Program-made: the position numbers and the translations under genes
Notes under the pieces: model-generated
What the model was told of the DNA's origin: nothing
The model's input: the letters and a program-made list of their open reading frames with translations, nothing else
Databases searched by the model: none
Shown here: one piece after another, positions 46,327-56,726 of the stretch
Position numbering within the stretch: position 1 is the stretch's first letter
Layout of the letters: the number at the start of each line of letters is the position of its first letter
NCBI GenBank assembly: GCA_000004985.1
Contig: GG738855.1
Length of the DNA: 64,000 bases
Source of the DNA: Naegleria gruberi
Lineage: Eukaryota
Direction: 5' to 3' (one strand)

Positions 46327-48198
46327 ATGTGTGGTATTGGGGCAAGATTTTCTCTCGGAGCATCTTTATCCAAGTGGAATTTGTTGGATTTGCACTTTTT
46401 ATTACAATATGGAATGGTTGTGAATAGTAATAATCAACAACAGGTTGTTGAACAAGAAGTTAGAAACGAAAATAGTGTTGTTGTTGATGACGACTCAGAA
46501 GAAAATGATGGAAGAAACGAAACATTTGAACAGAAATTAGAAAAAATCAAGGCTATTACTGTACAAAGTACTCAATCGGAAGAGGTGGATATTATTTCTG
46601 GTATTAAAAGTGTTATTTCTCCAAGAGGTCCAGATGAAACTCGTCACGAAATTATTAATTTTGGAGATTCTACAGTGACACTTATTGCTAGTATTTTGGC
46701 TCTCAGAGGTGATAAGCCATACCCACAACCTATTACCATGACTGATTTGTCTGGTGACGAACACACAATAATATGGAATGGAGAAATATTTGGAAATGAA
46801 TATTTCAGAGAATGTGTTATTGAGCATGGAAATGATACAGTTTGTCTATTGGAACATTTGGTAAAATGTGGAAATGAGGATGAAGTTTTGAATACTTTGG
46901 CTAATATTGAAGGACCTTTTAGTTTTGTCTATGTCAATAAGAGGGAAAAATATGTGTTGTTTGGAAGAGATATTTTGGGAAGAAGAAGTTTGTTATATTC
47001 TGTAAACGGTCAAGATTTGATTATTTCTAGTGTAGCTTGTCACGTTCCAGAATTTTCTCAATGGAGGTCAATTGGTGTGAATGGAGTTTTCAAATTATCC
47101 CTTAGCGATGAAACTGGTTCACAATTGCTTTCCATGATTTCTTGGGAAGAAATTTACAAGAGAACTGGTAAACATCCGTTAATATCCGATAGAGAAATGA
47201 TAGAACCAAAGACTGAAGATGATTTGCGAGTGAATGATACAGTATTTGAGAGTGTTGTCGATGAGTTCATTTCATATCTTTCAAATTCTGTTGAAAAGAG
47301 AGTGACCAATGTCTATTCCAATAATGATGAAAATACCAAAATTAGTGTTTTATTCTCGGGGGGAATTGATTCAGTAATTATAACAGCATTGGCTCATTTG
47401 AAGCTTGAAAAAGGAATGCCTATTGATTTATTGAACGTCTCATTTGGAGTTGATAAAAAGCAACAGGATCAATCAGCTGACAGAAAGCAAGCCATAGAAT
47501 CCTACGACGAGTTGGCAAGACTTTACCCTGATAGACCTTTCAGATTGGTTCTTGTTGATATTAACTCAACTGAATTAGCAGAAAATCAAAAGAGAATTGA
47601 ATCACTCATTTATCCACAAAATACTGTCATTGACTTTAATATTGGATCAGCATTATGGTTTGCCTCAAGAGGAAGAGGATACATTTACAATTCTTCAGAG
47701 CCAACCAACACATCAAATTTGTACACTTCAACAGGCAGAGTCATTTTGTGTGGTATTGGCAGTGATGAACAACTTGGAGGTTACAAGAGACATTTTAAAA
47801 AATACAAGTACAAGGGTTGGAATGGTCTTAACGAAGAAATGGATATGGACATTAAGCGGTTATGGATTAGAAACTTGGGAAGAGATGACAGAGTAATATC
47901 AGATCATGGAAGAGAATCTAGAAATCCATTTTTAGATGAGCCATTCATTAATTTTGTTAGAAAACAACCATTATGGTATTTGGCTGATTTTACCAATAAC
48001 CAACCAAATGATAAGCCAACCCAACAACAATCAACCACATTACCAGGTGATAAGAAAATACTGAGGAGAGCAGCTCAAAAACTTGGTCTTTCTAGGTCAT
48101 GTATGTATGTTAAAAGGGCAATGCAATTCGGTTCCAATGTGGCTAAAATATCCTACAAGAAACAACATGCAAGCACTATACTTCAGATTGAGTATTAA
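46327..48198 (+). CDS. ASNSD1: Asparagine synthetase domain-containing protein 1 (ASNSD1)-like
   Basis: 623-aa single ORF. It begins MCGI (N-terminal nucleophile Cys of class-II glutamine amidotransferases) and has the PP-loop SGGIDSVIITALA of the asparagine synthase domain. Confidence 0.78.
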   Translation: MCGIGARFSLGASLSKWNLLDLHFLLQYGMVVNSNNQQQVVEQEVRNENSVVVDDDSEENDGRNETFEQKLEKIKAITVQSTQSEEVDIISGIKSVISPRGPDETRHEIINFGDSTVTLIASILALRGDKPYPQPITMTDLSGDEHTIIWNGEIFGNEYFRECVIEHGNDTVCLLEHLVKCGNEDEVLNTLANIEGPFSFVYVNKREKYVLFGRDILGRRSLLYSVNGQDLIISSVACHVPEFSQWRSIGVNGVFKLSLSDETGSQLLSMISWEEIYKRTGKHPLISDREMIEPKTEDDLRVNDTVFESVVDEFISYLSNSVEKRVTNVYSNNDENTKISVLFSGGIDSVIITALAHLKLEKGMPIDLLNVSFGVDKKQQDQSADRKQAIESYDELARLYPDRPFRLVLVDINSTELAENQKRIESLIYPQNTVIDFNIGSALWFASRGRGYIYNSSEPTNTSNLYTSTGRVILCGIGSDEQLGGYKRHFKKYKYKGWNGLNEEMDMDIKRLWIRNLGRDDRVISDHGRESRNPFLDEPFINFVRKQPLWYLADFTNNQPNDKPTQQQSTTLPGDKKILRRAAQKLGLSRSCMYVKRAMQFGSNVAKISYKKQHASTILQIEY

Positions 48199-48253
48199 AG
48201 GCTGTTTAATTCCCTTTCAAAAAACGACCGTTATTTTTCAAAGCAAGAAAAAA

Positions 48254-51200
48254 ATGTCTACCGATAGAGGTAAGGGATCAATTTTCATAATTACCTTAAT
48301 TACTTGTTAAAATTCAAATTGATATAGCTCCGAATACATTCACTGTTGGTAAGACACCATGGGTAAGGTTTACCAATAAGGAGAATGTATACTTTTATGC
48401 TAAACCTTTCAAAACTGATAGAGAGTAAGTAAGGCAAAACAAGAATAGGGTTGATGATCATAATATAATAATATTATAGTAAAATTTGGCAAGAAAAAGA
48501 AGATCCAAAAACAGGAAAGGTATTCTATTATCATTGGGCTTCCAAGACATCCTTAAATTCCTACACAGAATTTCCTGACTATGTAACATTAGCTGAGAGT
48601 GGAGCTACAACACCAACTACTCCAACAACACCAACGACACCAACTACAACAACAAATACTTCTTCACCAACAACAACAGCCTCAACAACTCCTGCTCAAT
48701 CAACACCAACATCCGCATCAGCAGCAACAACGTCCACCCCATCATCAGAAAACACATCTCAACAAGAAGATAAAAAGGTTGAAAATACAACAATCGAAAA
48801 AGTCGAGGAAAAACCAAAGGAAACAATAGCGGAACAAAAGATAGAATCAATACCTAAGGATACTGAAACTAAGGTCGAGAGCAAAACCGAAACGACACCA
48901 AGTGAGGAGGAACCTAAGAAAGAGTCACCTAAGAAACAGGAACCAAAAGAAATCAATTACCTCCCCTCCAAAACAAGAAAGACAAGAAGAACCTGTAGAA
49001 AAGCCTTTGCTAAAAAAAGAACCAGTTGTTGAGCAATCTAAACCTGTTGAGACACAACCTGTTATTGAGCAATCGAAACCAGTACCTGTAACAACAGCAC
49101 CACCAAAGGAGGAACCAGTAGAGCCAAAAGAATCCAAACAAAAGAAAGTAGTTCTGGAAGAAGATCCAAAACAAAAAAAGAAGCAAACTCAAAATGAAAA
49201 TCAAAAGCCAAAAGCAATGACGATGGTCCAAGGAAGTAGTGGAAGTGCTGGTGCAGAGGATTTTAAAGATTTTGGCCCAAATCAACCAAAACCAAGATTA
49301 TCATTTATTGGAAAACGTCAAAGTCAAGTGAAGGTTTCATTTACTAAGAAGGATTTAGCAAGAACCGACTTTGATGATTCAATCGAAGATGGTATGTTTT
49401 CAAAGTTTCTTTTTTATTAATTTTCAAAGAATTATTCAATTTACCTGGAAGAGGAGAGGTTAAGGTTCATACAGCTTTTAAGGGAACATATTTTTCAACT
49501 GTAAGTTGTTTTTACAAAAAATTAATTTATACTTTAATAGCCTAAAACCAAAAAAGATAGAATTGTAATTTTAGCAAGAGATTTTGTTGGTGCATTTTGT
49601 CTCTTTATGGCAGGCCAAGAAGGAAAGAGGTTTGTTTTTAAGATTTTAGTTTATCTCACAAATTCAGCAATAAGAAGAACGTAATTTTAGCTGCTTATCC
49701 ACTACTTGATTATTCAGATATAAATGAAGATAAGGACAAAATTACATTAAATATTGATGGGAATGAGTTTGTTTTACAAGCTAGTGCAGTAAGTAAGGAA
49801 AGATTAAAGCTAGGCCTGGAAGTTGCTTATGGTGAACTAGATGCAAAAACAGACATGGAGTTACATAGTAAGTTTTTACTAATTTACAATTAGTTTACAC
49901 CTTCATAGATTACAGACTTGGTTCTATCGAGTTTGCAAACTCCTACTATCAACAATATGTTGATGTTCCTGCCTCTTCAATTATCAAATCTATTATGGAG
50001 TCAGATCCTAACGAGATTTTAGATGAAAGTATCCAAGAAAGTTCTGATACTTTCGTTTCTAGCAAATATGATCAAAGTCTTAGATTACTCCAGACAGCTG
50101 TTAAGAATAGCAATGACAGAGATAGTGCCATCCAAGAAGCTTGTTTGTACATGGAGAGAATTATAAAAAAGATTGACAAGGGTGTATTTGAAAAATTCTC
50201 AAGAATATTGGATATTATATTCAAAAACCCAACAACTACTGAACGGCCTGAGCTCAGAAATAACTTTTTAAAGACAATGAACGACATCAGAAATAGCAAG
50301 AAAATTGCTGATAACATTATTGATGAATTGATAAAGACTGGTAACGAAAGCTTTAAGGCTATTCAGTTATGGAGGTCAAGAGCCAAATTGAAAGAAGTTC
50401 CTTTTGGGGAGGAATACCAACCAGCCACACAAAAATCAAAAGGAAAGAAGGAACTTCAACAAGAAAAGCTTATGAGAGAGTCAATAATTCAAAAAAAGTT
50501 GCCTTCTGGTGTTTTTCTTGGTGTACTATTCTTTTCCAAGACTGGAGAAGTTCTCTCTGATAGAAATGACAATTTACCAAGTGTTAAGTTAGATCGGTTA
50601 ATGTATCATAATGAAAATTCCAAGAGCTTAGACCATCAAGATTGGCAGTGGTTGCTGAAACATGGACAACAATCCTTTACTCAAACAATTTTAGATTTAG
50701 TCCCTTCGCTATCTAACCCTCAAATTATTTTAGATGTATTTAAAACTGATTTTATTAGGTCTTTTAACGATTTATATAGAGCTGTAAATCAGTCAACCAA
50801 GCCAAATGTAGATCTGGGTGTATTGTTGGATAAGTGTGTAACAATGAAGGGCCAAAATATTTTATATTATCTGATGGTTAAACAAGTAGATAAGAAGGAG
50901 TTTGAAATTCCTAATGGGTACAAATGGGATCCAACTATTGATTTTGAGTATAAGCAATATCAAAAATATGAAAACCTAGACGAATCATTTGTGATTGAAA
51001 AATTAGAAAGCCATTACTCGGGATCTAGATGGGTCTATAATGCCATGGATTACTACAAGTCAGTTACTTCGAAAACCTACTCTGACGGCTTGTGGCTGGG
51101 ATACTTCAATTTCAAGTTGACTGAAAGAGGTTCTTACCAGCTCTTAGTGGAAGATAAAGCTAGATTCATGATTCCTTCCATTAAGATTTCAGACAAATTT

Positions 51201-53243
51201 GATATTAGAAAATTGAGGGATTTACTTGCTAATAATTTCTCCTCCTTGTCTTCAGTTACAAATATTAATGAAGAAACACCAGACTACTTGTGTGAAACTT
51301 TAGAGAAACAAGTATTCCGAGCCAAACTCCAGTTACAACAAAAGATTTGTAAACCAGATTTGGGCTATCTTTACACGAATGAAATTTTAGATGTCGGTGA
51401 AAGAATCAAACTTATCCTCTTTATTGATAATGATACTACTTCACAGATTGGAAATGAGTACAATAGGGTTCTTTGGAGAGATGAGATATCATTTGAGGCT
51501 ATTCACTTATCATTGTTTTATCCTGTCCTTCATGAGCACTACATGGGAAACATTCGAAAGCAATTACTATTTGATAATTCTGTTTTCAATGATAGCTCTA
51601 CATCAAGTGATGAATATTTGAAAAATAAGGAGGTCAATAATATAGGAAGACTGAAAGAACTGATTAGAGCAGAAGAAGCTTTCTACATTATTAGGTGGCC
51701 ACACCGAGTTATTTCAACATACTTATCTATCAAGCAGAACAACAATGCAATCTTACACTTGATAAATAATGGTAAAGAACTTGCCAAGATTGTTTTTGAT
51801 CAAACTATTGGTAAGAAGAAAACCTTTAGAGATTATAGGTTGGAGCTTTTCAAGGCGCAAGATAGTCAAGAAATTGCAGCTAGGAAACAAAAAGAAATCG
51901 AGTCCAAATCAAAAGTTGGCATTCAGGAACAAGATTTAGAAAAGTCGACGTGTGCCGTTTACAACGTTGATGCAAACATTGAGGATATCCGTGATATTGA
52001 ATTGATAATGATCGGACCGACCAGGGAAGAAGTTTTGACTAATTTGATTGAAGAAGAAGTTGAATTAAATATTGTAGATCACTTGGATAGACTTGAACTT
52101 GAAGCAATCAAGAGTACCTTAGATGATGTTATATCTATTATTGAGGTTACCACTGACATGGTTGATAAAACTATTTTTGAACAAAAGAAGGCTGAATCAA
52201 AAAATCATCTCAAAGCAGAAAGGGTTGATTATATCCAATCAGTATTCAGTGGTATAAAATTTGAAGTAGAAAAGACAGAAGAAGACAAGATTGAAATTGA
52301 AGGATATGACTCATTATACAGACAATCCATTCAACTCTTTGATGCTTCTATGGATAGTTCACTTCTTTTACTTCAAACCATAGAAAAGACTCAATCAATG
52401 ATTGACCTGGTCGAGGTGATGTTTACACATGATGACAATCTTGAAAAGCAAGACAAAGTGGTCCGATCTATTCAGAGGATTAAGGATAGGCAAGCTGAAA
52501 TTATGGCAGCCCAACCTTCATTCCCTGTACTTCCAACACCGACTCACAACCACAGTGCAAATAATGCCATTCAACAATCAGCTTCTCAAATTTTGAATCA
52601 ACCAATTCATCCAACTGTTCTCCAAGCTAAAGCAAATATCAATCTAGATGAAGAAAAACTAAGACAAATGCTGGAAGAGGAGGAACGAAAGAAGACTGAA
52701 GAATACGATAGAAAGATGAGAAAATATGTACAAAAGGCAACAGGTTTTTCTTCTTTTTCTCTTCCATATGGTACTCCTCAACAATTTGTTAAGAAGAGAC
52801 CACAGAGTAATAAGCCTTCATCAACAAATGCAAATACTTCGACAAACTCTTCTATGCTGTCTAATAAGAGTATTACTGCTAATTCTCCATCAACCTCAAT
52901 GCTTAGCTCCCTACAAAATACACCAAGTACTCCACAAGAAAAGAGTAAGAAACCAACCAGTAGTTTGGCTCAGTCAATCCTCTCCAAACCAAAAACCTCA
53001 TCAACCAAACCAAACTCTTCCAAACCAGAGTTACCATCCCTTGATGGAAAACCTCACTCTTCAGCATATATTTCATTTGATACCTACAGAGACATGATGG
53101 GTCTGAGTTCATACAACAAGTTTTTGAATCAGAATAATGTTCTCTCCAACTTGGATTCTTGTCTGAAGAATTATAATGATGCCAAGAAGGCCAGTGACCA
53201 AGCTATTTTATCCTTACTTCCATCAACAAGTAAAAAAAAGTAA
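48254..53243 (+). CDS. Large multi-exon gene of unknown function (WW-like domain, T/P- and E/P/K-rich linker, PH-like segment, about 1100-aa uncharacterised C-terminal region); join(48254..48269,48328..48424,48480..49391,49430..49500,49541..49629,49668..49867,49894..53243) with a 1-nt frame discontinuity near 48960
   Basis: Exon 1 (MSTDR) ends at a GTAAGG donor. Exons 2-3 encode APNTFTVGKTPWVRFTNKENVYFYAKPFKTDR/DKIWQEKEDPKTGKVFYYHWASKTS (WW-like), followed by a TTPTTP... repeat and an EQSKPV repeat. Canonical introns of 58, 55, 38, 40, 38 and 26 nt link this region in frame to ORF 49995..53243 (1082 aa, no recognisable domain), whose reading frame is open upstream of its first ATG. Total exon length is 4735 nt; it becomes 4734 = 1578 codons only if one nt is dropped in the poly-C tract, where the coding frame shifts by +1. 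Confidence 0.45.
48590..48730 (+). repeat. Coding Thr/Pro-rich repeat (TTPTTPTTPTTPTTTTNTSSPTTTASTTPAQSTPTS) in exon 3 of the large gene
   Basis: Repeated acaccaac/actccaac units are visible. Confidence 0.55.
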
Positions 53244-53392
53244 ATATACGACATTAAGTGTTAAAACTTTAATATTGAAACAGACTTGTTGGTTCTCTTG
53301 TATTAATATATAATAATGACAGAATTTGTCTTCCTGATGATATTTTCACAGTCAAATTTTTGTTGAACAAAAATAAATTGAATTTTAAAAAA

Positions 53393-56300
53393 ATGGTCAA
53401 ACCCTATTACCGTATTGTGCCAGAGAGAACAACAGGTACTATTGCATCACCATACGCATCAATTCACTATGATCAAACAAAAGCATCCGATATTGTATAT
53501 TCACCAATGTTGTACCAAATAGGTGTTTGGAACAAACGTGAAAATGAATTAGTATCAATAATAACACCACAAGATGAATCCTACTATGGAGGAAGTATCA
53601 ATGAAGGTACCATGAAGTATAGTAATATTACCTTCATCACACATTGCAATAATTTTATTGCTGCTGGATATCAAAATGGTAAAATTTTAATTTACAACTT
53701 GAAAACAAGCGAACAAGTTTTATATACAACAGGACACTCTTCAAGTGTTTCCTATTTACAATTTAATTCCGATTGCTCTTTACTTGTAAGTGGAGGTGAT
53801 GATACCGACATTGTTTGTTGGGATATTACAGCTTGTCAAGCAAAATTTAGATTACGTGGACATAAAGGAAGAATTACTGGTTTGATATTTTTGGAGAAAA
53901 CAAATGCTTTGATTAGTTCGAGTAAGGATATGTTGATTAAAGTCTGGGAATTGACTACTTATCACTGTGTTCAAACATTGATTGGTTCTCGTAATGAAAT
54001 TTGGTCAATTTGTGTAGACTCAGATGAACATAGGTTATTCGCTGGTAGTACGGATAGTGAAATTAGAGTTTGGGATATTCAAGTATTTTTAAATAAGGAA
54101 ACTCAATATTTCTATGAAAATGATCCTGTTTTTATGGGAACTTTGAAGAGAAGAGATGAAAGTAGAGTTTTGCAAATGAAATTTGACCATACGGGTACTT
54201 TATTAGCTATTGTTGGCTCAGATTCAAAGATTGTAGAAATTTTCAAAATGAGAAATGAAAAGGAAATTGAAAAGAAGAGAAAGAATGCAGAATCTTTAAC
54301 ACCTAACATGGAATATAAGTGGTGGTTACAAATCAAGTCTAATTATGAAATTAGATCTTTGGACTTTAATCCATTCGAGTCAGTTTTAACAAGAAGTGAA
54401 ATTTCTACAGACAGCGAAGACAAACTCTCAACTAGAATTTTGAATGCCAAGATGAATGATTTTAGAGTAATAATTTCAACTTTGCGTAACACTATTGAGG
54501 AATACAAAATTGAACCAAATAAGATTGTCAAATCCAATCAAGATCAATACCAAGGAATTACATGTACAAATACTATTGAAAGACAAGGTCACGGTACTCC
54601 TGTGAGATCCATTTCAATTTCAGATGATAATGTTACCTGTATGTCATTGTCTTCTAAGGAGTGCCACATTTGGAATTTGGAAAATGGTAAATGTATCAAG
54701 ACATTGAATGATGTTGACCATGGGTTGAGTGCTATTTGGATACCTTACACAAATAACAGATACTGTTTGGTTGGTACCAAGAAGGGTAACATTCAAATAT
54801 ATGACGTGAATATTTCGGAATGTATTGAAACTATTCAAGCTCACTCAAGTACAATCTATAGTATTCAATTTGTTCCTCCAAGTAGTTTCAATGATAACAA
54901 TGGTGGTATCATTACTGCCAGTAGTGATAAGTGTGTTAAATTCTGGGAATTTGAAATGAAAGGAAAGAATTTGTCCCTCGCAATCAAGAACGTTCTCGAA
55001 ATGAACGAAGAAATTATTGCCATAACTGTTTCAAAGAATGCTAAATACTTGGCTGTTTCTCTGTTGGACAATACTGTTAAAATTTTCTACATGGACACTA
55101 TGAAATTCTTCCTCTCACTCTATGGCCACAAGTTACCAATCAAATGTTTGGATATTTCTAGTGACGAACAATTGATAGTGACTGGTAGTGATGATAAGAA
55201 CATTAAGATTTGGGGTTTGGATTTCGGTGATTGTCATCGTTCCTTATTAGCCCACGAACAAGGTATTACTTCAGTCAAGTTTATCAATGATACTCACTAT
55301 TTCTTCAGCGCCTCTAAGGATGGTAACATCAAGTATTGGGATGGTGATAAATTTGAATTAATTCAAGTTGTCACAAGCCAATATATTTCTAAATCACCAC
55401 TTTGGTGTTTGGATATTAGCAGTGACGGACACAGAATGGTTACTTCTGGCCACGAAAGAGCACTCTTTATCTATACCCAGTCTGATGATATGTTATTCTT
55501 GGAAGAAGAAAAGGAAAAGAGATTTGAAGAGGAACAACTTGAAAAGGATTTACCTCACTCCCAACAATTCAAAGATTTGTCCTTGGCAGGAGCTGAAGTC
55601 ACTCATGCTGGTCAACGTTCCATGGAAACTATTCGTGATGGTGAAAAGCTTATGGAAAACCTTGATGTTGCTATCAATGAAGAAATTAATATTATCGAAA
55701 GTATTGCTAATAATGTTACAATTCCTAAGAATCCTCTCTTGTTAGGATTATCTATTGAGGAATATGTTTGGAAGTGTTTGACACGTATTGCCAGATCTGA
55801 TTTAGATATGGTGCTTTCAATTATCCATTTCAGTCATGCCTATTTCATTTTGAAACAAGTTAACAAGTTGATGAAACAAAAGAGTGTAGATATTGAATTG
55901 TCAACTAGAATTGTTTTACTTTTAATTCATATTCACTACAAGCAATTAGTTCAAAGCAACAGTGACCAAGAAACCTTTGACTTGATGCAATCACTCCATG
56001 AACTTGTTAGAAATGGGCTTGTACAACAATCTAAGAGAATTGGATTCAACGTTGCCGCTCTTCAATTTGTAAAGAATAGAATGAAGAATGAACAAGAATT
56101 ATTTGAATTCAATAAGGAATCTAAAGTTAATGATATTGTTAAATCATACAGAGAAAGACAACGTGAAAAGAAAAGATTGGCCAAATATGAAGCTGAACAA
56201 TCATCAACAGGTAAAAAGAAGAAGGAACACAAGAGAATGGCCAAATTCAAGGGCATGTTAGATTCCATGATTGAAAAGATTGAAAATGACCCAACCAAAC

Positions 56301-56458
56301 AAGTTGTTTTTGAAAGTAATGTTAAGGATAAAAAGATTTCATCCCTCAAGAGAAAATTCAAAGAAATGGAAGATAAAAAGACCAAGAAGCTCAAGTCAAT
56401 GATTCAAGATGACGATGACACTGAAGATTTCCTCAATGAACTTTCCTCATGGGATTAG
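53393..56458 (+). CDS. WDR3: WD repeat protein 3 / U3 snoRNP protein UTP12 (small-subunit processome)
   Basis: About 1020-aa single ORF. It contains long near-identical stretches to human WDR3: [39 protein letters not shown]...[21 protein letters not shown]...[24 protein letters not shown] versus [39 protein letters not shown]...[21 protein letters not shown]...FFTAGKDHKIKQWDADKFEHIQTL. Confidence 0.88.
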   Translation: [1021 protein letters not shown]

Positions 56459-56726
56459 ATTTCTACAAGGCATTTCCTTCTCCACTCAATATATTTCAAG
56501 AAGATGATCAGTCTTTTTCAGATGTAAATCCTAAAAAAACTTGTTAAATCTCCTTCAATTAGGGCACCTCAGAATTTTTGCGCGCTCTCTTTTAAAACGC
56601 TTAACTATTAAAAATTCCTAAAATCATCCAAACACCATATCATATTTTTTAAAGTTCTCTCTGCTCAAAGTAAATAGCAATCACAAAACCTGGTTTTAAT
56701 ACGGCGAAACCTGGTTGATCGACAAG

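Noticed and set aside
48254-49420. Treating the WW-like/repeat region (48254..49420) and the 1082-aa ORF (49995..53243) as two separate genes
   Set aside because: A canonical GTATGT donor sits right at the end of the coding frame at 49392. Four successive GT..AG introns then keep an open frame into the large ORF. That ORF has no stop between its upstream splice acceptor and its first ATG, and total exon length fits an integral codon count after the 1-nt correction. A single gene is more parsimonious. Two genes cannot be excluded without cDNA.
49630-49649. Alternative 20-nt intron (GTTTGT...TTTTAG) in the large gene
   Set aside because: It is also in frame but is shorter than any other intron here. 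The 38-nt version using the TTCAG acceptor at 49667 fits the local intron size class better. Both remain possible.
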